A DNA stretch of 64,000 nucleotides from Dehalococcoidia bacterium. GTDB taxonomy: Bacteria > Chloroflexota > Dehalococcoidia > Lucifugimonadales > UBA2985. This document shows positions 47,008-54,481 of the stretch, piece after piece. The first letter of the stretch is position 1; the number at the start of each line of letters is the position of its first letter. Made by a program: the position numbers and the translations under genes. The DNA is taken from the NCBI GenBank assembly GCA_965263185.1, contig OZ253588.1:448895-512894 (forward strand), given 5' to 3'. The notes under the pieces are model-generated. The model was given only the letters and a program-made list of their open reading frames with translations, did no database searches and was not told the origin of the DNA.

Positions 47008-47813
47008 TCTCTGGCCCTGTTTATGCTCTGTCGCAGCTCCTGCGCCGCCCGCCTGGCGGCGTCTGCGAAGTCGTCTTTGTCCCTGGACGCGAATATGATG
47101 CCGCGAGACGAGTTGATTATCAGACCCTCGCCATCCGCGTTCACCCCATACTTGACGGTGTTCTCCAGGTCGCCGCCCTGAGCGCCTACGCCCGGCGCCA
47201 GTATCACCATGTCCGGGCAGAGCTTGCGGACCGATTGCAGCTGCTGAGGATATGTGGCGCCCACCACAAGCCCGGCGTTGCCTCTGCTGTTCCACTCCAG
47301 AACCTTGAGGGCAACCTCCTCGAAGAGGGGGCGCTGCCGGCCATTGTCGCCTACGGTAAGATCCTGGAAGTCGGCGGAGCCCGGACCGGAGGTGTGGCAC
47401 AGCGCCAGGACTCCCCGGTCGGCGTACTCCAGGAACGGTTCCAGGGAGTCTTTGCCGAGGTACGGGTTGACCGTCACGGCGTCGAAGCCCCACCACTCGA
47501 AGACAGCCCTGGCGTACGCCTTGGCCGTGGAACCGATGTCGCCGCGCTTGGCGTCTATGATTACCGGAATGTCCTCCGGTATGTGCTCCAGGGTGCGCTG
47601 AAGGGCCTCCAGGCCGGGTATCCCCAGCGCCTCGTAGAAGGCGATATTGGGCTTGTAGCAGCAGACTTGGTCAGCAGTGGCCTCTATGATGGCCTTGTTG
47701 AACTCCAGCACATCATCGATGGGCATGAGAGCGGGGTCAGGGTCCAACCCTACGCACAGCAGCGAGGCGTTCTTCCGGGAGGCGGAGGTCAGTTTTTCGT
47801 TGAAGGATGTCAC
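47004..47813 (-). CDS. pyrF: Orotidine 5'-phosphate decarboxylase
   Basis: LLCVGLDPD...[13 protein letters not shown]...VTVNPYLG...VGAQGG. Confidence 0.93.
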   Translation of the reverse strand: MTSFNEKLTSASRKNASLLCVGLDPDPALMPIDDVLEFNKAIIEATADQVCCYKPNIAFYEALGIPGLEALQRTLEHIPEDIPVIIDAKRGDIGSTAKAYARAVFEWWGFDAVTVNPYLGKDSLEPFLEYADRGVLALCHTSGPGSADFQDLTVGDNGRQRPLFEEVALKVLEWNSRGNAGLVVGATYPQQLQSVRKLCPDMVILAPGVGAQGGDLENTVKYGVNADGEGLIINSSRGIIFASRDKDDFADAARRAAQELRQSINRARE

Positions 47814-47935
47814 GGAAACTCCTCAAGGTCAGGACTGATGTGGACAGTGTACCCGCATTGGGGTTTTGAGGCAAGTTTGCGGTGGATAGGGTAGGGCGCG
47901 CCGACCGCCTGTTCCAGGCCCGGTGGCTCGCTTTG

Positions 47936-48190
47936 TCAGGAGCCTTCGGGATAAAACCGCCTCACGGCATTCCACTGCCCGGCGCGGTCCAGCGTCTCGA
48001 TCTCTATCCACATCAGCCCCTCTCCGTACCTGCTCCTGGCAGCCTCCACTATCTCATTCGCCCGGGCGTAGCCCTCTTCCAGGGTGTCGATCACCTCATC
48101 CAGCGGGCTCATAGCCACCTGTTCCGGCGCTGTGGCAGACCTGTGGTATGCGACGACTCGGCACAGCCAGTCCTCTACTACGTAGTCCAT
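47936..48190 (-). CDS. Hypothetical small protein (84 aa)
   Basis: ORF with a protein-like acidic/helical composition and no recognisable motif. Confidence 0.35.
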   Translation of the reverse strand: MDYVVEDWLCRVVAYHRSATAPEQVAMSPLDEVIDTLEEGYARANEIVEAARSRYGEGLMWIEIETLDRAGQWNAVRRFYPEGS

Positions 48191-48413
48191 GCTCGCTCCA
48201 GGGCGCCAGTCCGCGCGCAGGATGACCGCCGGCGAGGGGCGGGAGATCGCGGGCTATTATCGCATGGATGCGCTGTTTGCGGTAGCTTCCCGGCGGTGGG
48301 AGGCCGGGGCAGGCTATGAGCCAATCAAGGGTGTGAGTAGGGGCAATAGGTGTCGGTATGGCCTGGCCTGGTGTATATTAGGGGCAGTCTTAGACTTTAG
48401 CGAGCGTAAACCC

Positions 48414-48860
48414 ATGAGCGGCAGAAGAGCTGCGAGCAGTGGAAATACGAGCAAGGTGTGGTTCTTCCTGGGAGGCTTGCTGGGCCTCCTGGCCGGGATT
48501 GCCCTCACTGTGTTGGTGACGAACGCCCATGACTGGCTGACGCAGCCGAGCGAAGATGACGTGGCAGCCCCCTTGCGCAGCTACCTGGACGCGGCGGCCT
48601 TGGGCGACGACGATGCGGCGTACGCCCATCTCTACCAGGGTCCGGGACAGCAAGGGCCGATATACAGGCGAAAGATCTCCTCCACGCCTGAACTGTACTT
48701 CGGCTACTCGGAGTTGGAGATAAGCTACAGCTTCAACGACAAAGAGGATGGCTTTATTCAGGGTGTGATGCGCTATCGCAACGGGTCGAGCAGGCCCGTC
48801 AGCGCCATCGTGAAGAGGGGAGAGGCCGGGTGGGGGTTGTACAACCTGTGGTTCGAGTAG
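48414..48860 (+). CDS. Hypothetical membrane-anchored protein
   Basis: MSGRRAASSGNTSKVWFFLGGLLGLLAGIALTVLV signal-anchor followed by a soluble domain. Internal ATG preferred over the ORF start at 48189. Confidence 0.5.
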   Translation: MSGRRAASSGNTSKVWFFLGGLLGLLAGIALTVLVTNAHDWLTQPSEDDVAAPLRSYLDAAALGDDDAAYAHLYQGPGQQGPIYRRKISSTPELYFGYSELEISYSFNDKEDGFIQGVMRYRNGSSRPVSAIVKRGEAGWGLYNLWFE

Positions 48861-48926
48861 GGCCAGGCACGGCGCCAGGCTCGGTTTCTGCAACGCCTTC
48901 CGCATATGAGAAGCAGGCGTACATTG

Positions 48927-49009
48927 TGCCCAGGGAGGGATTCGAACCCACACCCCCTTGCAGGGAGCGGATTTTAAGTCCGCCGCGTCTACCCTTCCGC
49001 CACCTGGGC
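48927..49009 (-). tRNA. tRNA-Leu (anticodon TAA), class II, no encoded CCA
   Basis: GCCCAGGTGGCGGAAGGGTAGACGCGGCGGACTTAAAATCCGC + long variable arm + TTCGAATCCC...CCTGGGCA. One U-U mismatch in the T stem. Confidence 0.85.
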
Positions 49010-49023
49010 TTGTAAGGCGGTTT

Positions 49024-49064
49024 CAAACAAAAGAGCAGAAAGGGCGCTGGTCCCCGTTCTGCTC
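49024..49064 (-). terminator. Hairpin + U-tract between tRNA-Cys and tRNA-Leu(TAA)
   Basis: Minus strand reads GAGCAGAA-cggggaccagcgccct-TTCTGCTC followed by TTTTGTTTG. Confidence 0.4.
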
Positions 49065-49081
49065 CGTACTCCCGGATGCTA

Positions 49082-49157
49082 TGGAGGCGACGGGCGGACT
49101 CGAACCGCCGAATAGAGCTTTTGCAGAGCTCCGCCTTAACCACTTGGCTACGTCGCC
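49082..49157 (-). tRNA. tRNA-Cys (anticodon GCA), CCA encoded
   Basis: GGCGACGTAGCCAAGTGGTTAAGGCGGAGCTCTGCAAAAGCTC...GGCGGTTCGAGTCCGCCCGTCGCCTCCA. Confidence 0.9.
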
Positions 49158-49179
49158 TTGCCTCTATTGTACCATTTTT

Positions 49180-49266
49180 TGGTGCCGAGGAGGAGATTTG
49201 AACTCCTACGGGTTTGCACCCACGGCCCCCTCAAGACCGCGTGTCTACCAATTCCACCACCTCGGC
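49180..49266 (-). tRNA. tRNA-Leu (anticodon GAG), class II, CCA encoded
   Basis: GCCGAGGTGGTGGAATTGGTAGACACGCGGTCTTGAGGGGGCCG + variable arm + AGGAGTTCAAATCTCCTCCTCGGCACCA. Confidence 0.9.
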
Positions 49267-49282
49267 AGTAGGCGCCCTATTT

Positions 49283-49359
49283 TGGCAGGAGTGGGAGGAC
49301 TCGAACCCCCGACCTGCGGTTTTGGAGACCGCTGCTCTAGCCAACTGAGCTACACTCCT
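49283..49359 (-). tRNA. tRNA-Trp (anticodon CCA), CCA encoded
   Basis: AGGAGTGTAGCTCAGTTGGCTAGAGCAGCGGTCTCCAAAACCGCAGGTCGGGGGTTCGAGTCCTCCCACTCCTGCCA. Confidence 0.9.
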
Positions 49360-49407
49360 GTAAAAGCCCACACAATAATGCAGGGCTATATGCCAATTTT
49401 CACTATA

Positions 49408-49483
49408 TGGTACCCCAGGCAGGACTCGAACCCGCAACCTACGGCTTAGAAGGCCGCCGCTCTATCCTTTGAGCTACTGGGGC
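49408..49483 (-). tRNA. tRNA-Arg (anticodon TCT), CCA encoded
   Basis: GCCCCAGTAGCTCAAAGGATAGAGCGGCGGCCTTCTAAGCCGTAGGTTGCGGGTTCGAGTCCTGCCTGGGGTACCA (G1-U72 wobble). Confidence 0.9.
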
Positions 49484-49557
49484 AGTTGTAGCCGATACAT
49501 CCATTTTAGCAACCGCGGGCCGGGCCGCCAAGGCTCGGCTTCTCCGGGGCCACTCTC

Positions 49558-50115
49558 CTAGTCCTCTGAGGACGTGCGTACCCTGTGCACCGTCAGGCCC
49601 CCCACGCCAACGCGGCCGATGTCCCTAATGTTCAATCGACCTACTTCTCCTCTGGTGGTGACGTACTTCTGCACTTGGGCGCCAATGGACTTTGAGGCCA
49701 CTATCGCTACCAGAGCCCAGGAGGCCATCCTGGGAATGCTCCTCAACCGGCGCCGGCTGTCCATGCCCAAGGCGCAGGCAATCGCGGTCAGCGTTGCAGC
49801 CACCACCAGGTTGGTGCCGCAGTAAGGGGATACGGCAAGCTCCTCTTCCCCCGCCTTCAGACGCTTCAGGGCCTCATCTGCAGCTTTGGAAAGCGCATCC
49901 GTGGGCACGTCTCCATATACCAGGAACCCCCACTGGGTGGAGTTCCCTCCCAGAATACCCCTCTCGCCCAACTTGGAGTGGGCAATTGTTATGGTGGCGT
50001 GCTCCAGGGCGTGGTTTCTGCGTATTTTCTGAAGAAAATCCAGGTTCAAGCTGTCCTCCGTGCCGTCAGAGACCTTACGCCAATCATACCATTCTTGAAG
50101 GCTCCATGTACACAT
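49558..50115 (-). CDS. Conserved hypothetical protein with NHALEHAT and SPYCGTN motifs plus hydrophobic C-terminal half
   Basis: IRRNHALEHATITIAHSKL...AVSPYCGTNLVVAATLTAIACALG. The motif pair recalls a family of uncharacterised proteins (possibly metal-binding); the family name is not verified. Confidence 0.6.
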   Translation of the reverse strand: MCTWSLQEWYDWRKVSDGTEDSLNLDFLQKIRRNHALEHATITIAHSKLGERGILGGNSTQWGFLVYGDVPTDALSKAADEALKRLKAGEEELAVSPYCGTNLVVAATLTAIACALGMDSRRRLRSIPRMASWALVAIVASKSIGAQVQKYVTTRGEVGRLNIRDIGRVGVGGLTVHRVRTSSED

Positions 50116-50184
50116 GGAGCCGCTCGCGGCATTCTCTACAGGCGCCGGTTATGCCCACGTTGGTTGGGGCGCCACCACTCCCCT

Positions 50185-50345
50185 CCCCCTCCTAGCCTGC
50201 CCCGCGCTTAATGCAGTCCAGGCTCTGTACTTGATACGGGGATGAGCCGAGATCCCCTTTCCAGTTCGTGGTGAGCATGTCGAACCACATGAGCAGATAG
50301 ACTGCGGCTTCCGTAGGGGCGGTTCGCGAACCGCCCCTACAATTG
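50185..50345. repeat. REP-like cluster with a 28-nt perfect palindrome (50313-50340)
   Basis: cctgccccgcgcttaat..cttgatacgggg..ttcgtggtgagcatgtcgaaccacatgagc, followed by gtaggggcggttcgcgaaccgcccctac. Confidence 0.8.
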
Positions 50346-50486
50346 CCAGCGCCTATAGAGATTGCCGGGATTGACCGGCGCTGAAAGGCGGGCTTATGAT
50401 GCCACCATCCCGTTTGGGCTGCCGACCGGGTCTGAGTCCGCCCCACACGGGAAATCCCGGCGAAAAGGAGACGCTGCTATCCTTCC

Positions 50487-51092
50487 ATGAGAGATCTCCT
50501 GCATGACCTTTCCGACTGGCTTCTGGGATTCGCAGATAGCGACTGGGCCATCGTCGTCCTGCTCTCCAGCTCATTTGCCGAGTCCATCTTCTTTCCAATA
50601 CCCCCCGACCCGCTCCTGCTGGCCGTGGCGATTGCCCAGCAGCCTATTGCGGTACTGCTTGGGTTGCTCGTAGCGGTCGCATCGGTTGCCGGCGCAGCCG
50701 TGGGGCACGCGCTGGGTATGCGGCTCGGCAGGCCCATTCTTGCCAGGATGTTCAGCGAGGGCAAGATAGCCTACGTTGACCGGCTCTTTGAGCGGTACGG
50801 GCTGTGGGCCATCCTGATAGCCGCGTTCACGCCTGTGCCGTACAAGGTCTTCGCAATCGCCGCCGGCGTGTGGCGCATGGACAGGCGAAAGTTCATCGTC
50901 GCATCCGCCATAGGACGCGGCGCCCGGTTCGTGACCATAGGAGTCCTCGTCTTCCTGTTCGGCGAGCAGATAGAGGCGTTCCTGAGCAGCAACTTTGCGC
51001 TCCTGACCTACGGCATCGCGGTACTCGCCGGCGCTCTGGGGGGCGCGTGGTACGTCATCCATCGCCTCCGTGGAGCGCGTGCCATCGAGTAG
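50487..51092 (+). CDS. DedA/YqaA-family (SNARE-associated) membrane protein
   Basis: FAESIFFPIPPDPLLLAVAI...FTPVPYKVFAIAAGV...GRGARF. Confidence 0.78.
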   Translation: MRDLLHDLSDWLLGFADSDWAIVVLLSSSFAESIFFPIPPDPLLLAVAIAQQPIAVLLGLLVAVASVAGAAVGHALGMRLGRPILARMFSEGKIAYVDRLFERYGLWAILIAAFTPVPYKVFAIAAGVWRMDRRKFIVASAIGRGARFVTIGVLVFLFGEQIEAFLSSNFALLTYGIAVLAGALGGAWYVIHRLRGARAIE

Positions 51093-51259
51093 GCGCTGTC
51101 CGTCATGCCCGCTCACTTGGTTCGACCCACTCCCCATGAGCTGGGCGACGGGGGCGATCGCAGCGGTACGCGTCGGCTGCCGTTTTCCAACCCTGGCCTA
51201 ATCTGGTATCCTGAGATGTCTTGACGCAGACCTTTGAACTATCGGAGAGTGGTGAGACT

Positions 51260-52033
51260 ATGTACCCAATAGACCTGAGCGGCAAGAATGGAGTGGTCTT
51301 CGGAGTTGCCAACGAGCACAGCATAGCCTGGCCCATCGCCAGGATACTGCACCAGGCAGGGGCGCGACTGGCAATCACCTATCAGAACGAAAGGTTCGGC
51401 AGCCGGGTGTCGCGACTCACGGAGTCGCTGGAAGACGTGCTGCTCTTGGAGTGCGACGTGACCAGCGACGAGTCAATAACCGCTGCTTTCGACGGGATGG
51501 AGCGGGAGTTCGGCCGCTTGGACTTCATGGTGCATAGCATCGCTTACGCCAATAGAGAGGACCTGATGGGTGGGTTCTCCAAGACCTCCAGGGACAGCTT
51601 TCTCATGTCCCTGAACATCAGCGCCTACTCCCTGCTTCCCCTAGTCAGGCGCTCCGCCCCCCTCATGCAAGGAGGTGGGAGCATTGTGGCCATGACGTTT
51701 CAGGCATCGGAGCGGGTGTTCCCCGGATACAACGTCATGGGCACCGCCAAGGCGGCCCTGGAGAACGAGGTGCGACAGCTATCGGATGAGTATGGCAGGG
51801 AGAATCTCAGGATCAACGCCTTATCCGCCGGCCCCCTGGAGACCCTGGCGTCCCGGGGGATTCACGGGTTTCCGGACATGAGGAAGGCCCATGCGGAGCG
51901 GGCCCCGCTGAAACGCAACATCACCCACGAGGAGGTTGCCAAGACAGCGCTGTTTCTGTGCAGCGACATGTCCAGCGGGATCACCGGCTCCGTCATACCG
52001 GTGGACGCGGGATACCACATCATGGGTATCTAG
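51260..52033 (+). CDS. fabI: Enoyl-[acyl-carrier-protein] reductase (NADH), FabI
   Basis: LSGKNGVVFGVANEHSIAWPIA...HSIAYA...YNVMGTAKAALE (Tyr-x6-Lys)...INALSAGP. ATG at 51260 preferred; the ORF is open to 51221. Confidence 0.92.
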   Translation: MYPIDLSGKNGVVFGVANEHSIAWPIARILHQAGARLAITYQNERFGSRVSRLTESLEDVLLLECDVTSDESITAAFDGMEREFGRLDFMVHSIAYANREDLMGGFSKTSRDSFLMSLNISAYSLLPLVRRSAPLMQGGGSIVAMTFQASERVFPGYNVMGTAKAALENEVRQLSDEYGRENLRINALSAGPLETLASRGIHGFPDMRKAHAERAPLKRNITHEEVAKTALFLCSDMSSGITGSVIPVDAGYHIMGI

Positions 52034-52074
52034 TTATTCTCTACAGGCGTTGGTAATGCCAGCGTCGGTTGGGA

Positions 52075-52200
52075 TACCACTCTTCTCTCGTTCGCGGTGA
52101 GACTGTCGAACCGTAGGAGCGGGAAGACTGCGGGCGTGGCTACCAGAGCTCATGTACTTCGACAAGCTCAATATGAGCGGTGTCGCCCTCCATAACCAGC
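52075..52200. repeat. REP-like unit pair
   Basis: gcggtgagactgtcgaaccgtaggagcggg ... gctcatgtacttcgacaagctcaatatgagcgg. Confidence 0.7.
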
Positions 52201-52320
52201 GCCTGTAGAGGATGCCGGTAGCTAGGCGGCCCCCGGACACCTATCGGCAACCCAAGCCCAAGCACCCCAAGCCTTAGGGCCCCGTCAGCCGGGGCCCTAA
52301 AACCGACCCGTTACAGGCCT

Positions 52321-53271
52321 TTAGTATCGTATCCGTGGGTCAAGCCAGCCGTAGGTGAGGTCCACAATCAGATTGGTGAGTATGATCCACGCTGCAAAGA
52401 ACAGGACCAGGGTCTGCACCACGGGATAGTCCCACCTGGTCAGACTGTAGATCAGGTACTGCCCCATTCCGGGCAGCAGGAAGATGGTTTCCAGGATTAC
52501 AGACCCGCCAAGAATGCCCGCAATCTGGATACCGATGATGGTTACCACCGGCAGCATGGCGTTCTTCATGGCGTGGCGGTATACCACTACGAAATGCCTC
52601 AGTCCCTTGGCGTGCGCTGTCCTGATATAGTCCTGCCGCAGCACCTCCAGCATGGTGGAGCGCATCATCCTGGCCTTGGTAGCCATGGAAGACGTGCCCA
52701 AGGCAAAAGCCGGCCAGAAGAACATCCACAAGTTCTCGACCGGATTCACCCATATGGAGACATATTCCAGCCGCGGGCTCCAGTTGAAGAAGAGCACCCC
52801 CCCCAGGATCACCATAGTGGCTATCCAGAAGTTGGGTATAGACAGCCCCAGCAGGGAGCCCATCCGGACCAAATAATCCACCCAGGTATCCTGCCTCAAG
52901 GCCATGATGATCCCGGCGGGTATTCCCAGCACAACCGAGATTAACAGGGTGAGCACGGAAAGCTCAAAGGTCAGGGGCATCTTCCTCTTGATCTCATTCC
53001 ATATGGGCTTGCTGTCAACGAGCGACACGCCCCACTGGAGCGTGATGAAGTCCTGCATCCAGGTTAAGTATTGCACCGGCAGGGGCTCATTCAAACCAAG
53101 CTGCTCACGCAGCAAGTCGGCCGTTTCCTCCGAGTAGAAAGCGTCTTCTCCGCCCAGTATTACGTCCACCACGTCCCCGGGCGCAACGCGCATGATGGCG
53201 AAGACCATCAACGACACCAGCACCGCGGTGATGGCGCCAAGGTAGAGCCTCCTTAGCGTGTACTGTAGCAT
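52321..53271 (-). CDS. ABC transporter permease, DppB/OppB (peptide/nickel) family, with no partner genes nearby
   Basis: MLQYTLRRLYLGAITAVLVSLMVFAIMRVAPGD N-terminus and the EAA-like loop RQDYIRTAHAKGL. Confidence 0.88.
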   Translation of the reverse strand: MLQYTLRRLYLGAITAVLVSLMVFAIMRVAPGDVVDVILGGEDAFYSEETADLLREQLGLNEPLPVQYLTWMQDFITLQWGVSLVDSKPIWNEIKRKMPLTFELSVLTLLISVVLGIPAGIIMALRQDTWVDYLVRMGSLLGLSIPNFWIATMVILGGVLFFNWSPRLEYVSIWVNPVENLWMFFWPAFALGTSSMATKARMMRSTMLEVLRQDYIRTAHAKGLRHFVVVYRHAMKNAMLPVVTIIGIQIAGILGGSVILETIFLLPGMGQYLIYSLTRWDYPVVQTLVLFFAAWIILTNLIVDLTYGWLDPRIRY

Positions 53272-53421
53272 GGTTCCTCCCAGTCTCTTTATGAGGTCCC
53301 GAAATCCCAAATTCAGGCTTGATACCCGATTATACCACTCTTCCGGTCCTCTTGTACCGCCAAGTTATTACACTATCGGTCCGTCCACGCGGATACCCCG
53401 AACGGCCTTGCAGGCCATACC

Positions 53422-54375
53422 TCAAGCGTGCGCCCCCGGGACGGTGAGATTGTCCACCATAGAGGTGACTATCTTGGAGCCGTCCAGCCCGCGGGCCCTA
53501 GCCTCCGGCGTAAGAATGAGGCGATGAGCAAGCACCGCAACGGCCAACTCCTTCACGTCGTCCGGGATGACGAACTCGCGGCCTCGAATGAGCGCCAGGG
53601 CCTGACTGGCGCGGAACAGCGACAGAGAGCCTCTGTGCGAGGCTCCCAGCGCCACGTCCTGATGCTGCCGCGACGCCTGGGTCAAGGAGACTATGTAGTG
53701 GCGCACAAGGGGGTCTACGTATACCCTCTTGGTCTCCTCCTGCACCAGAATCAGCTTCTCCGGCGTCGTGACCGAGGATAGCACCTCAATGGGGTTCTGC
53801 CGCTCCTGGCGCCCTATGATGTCTATCTCCTCATCAAAGTTGGCGTATCCCAAGGTAACCCGTATGGTGAATCGGTCCAGCTCCGCCTCCGGAAGGGGGA
53901 AAATGCCGTGGTACTCCACCGGGTTCAGCGTGGCGATTATGAAGAACGGCCTGTCCATCTCATAGGTCACGCCGTCTACGGTTACCCGATGTTCCTCCAT
54001 AGCCTCCAGCAGGGCGGCCTGGGTCTTGGAAGGAGCCCTGTTGATCTCGTCCGCCAGGACCACCTGTGTCATAAGCGGCCCCTGCCTGAACTCGAACTCC
54101 CCCGTCTTCTGGTTGTATATGTTGACCCCGGTTATATCGCTGGGCAGGAGGTCCGGGACAAACTGGATACGCTTAAAGTTGCACCCGGAAGAGAGGGCCA
54201 TTGCCTTGGCCAGAGTGGTCTTCCCCAACCCTGGAGCGTCTTCGATGAGCAGATGGCCCTGTGACATCAGGGCGACCAGACCCATCTCAATGGCCTGCTC
54301 CTTGCCTACGATAACACCCTTGATATTGTCCAGCACCTCAAGCGCTATCTGTGATGCTTCGGCTAGTTGATTCAA
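53422..54375 (-). CDS. MoxR-family AAA+ ATPase
   Basis: GHLLIEDAPGLGKTTLAKAMA Walker A, VVLADEINRAPSKTQAALLEAMEE Walker B / sensor. Confidence 0.93.
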   Translation of the reverse strand: MNQLAEASQIALEVLDNIKGVIVGKEQAIEMGLVALMSQGHLLIEDAPGLGKTTLAKAMALSSGCNFKRIQFVPDLLPSDITGVNIYNQKTGEFEFRQGPLMTQVVLADEINRAPSKTQAALLEAMEEHRVTVDGVTYEMDRPFFIIATLNPVEYHGIFPLPEAELDRFTIRVTLGYANFDEEIDIIGRQERQNPIEVLSSVTTPEKLILVQEETKRVYVDPLVRHYIVSLTQASRQHQDVALGASHRGSLSLFRASQALALIRGREFVIPDDVKELAVAVLAHRLILTPEARARGLDGSKIVTSMVDNLTVPGAHA

Positions 54376-54481
54376 ACCTTCCTCTCAAATCCCAGCTTTT
54401 GACATTCCCCTCAGTTTACCACGACAAAGCCCTGTTGTGTTAGCCCCTAATCAGACCTTGGACCGGCCTGCCGAAACACGA

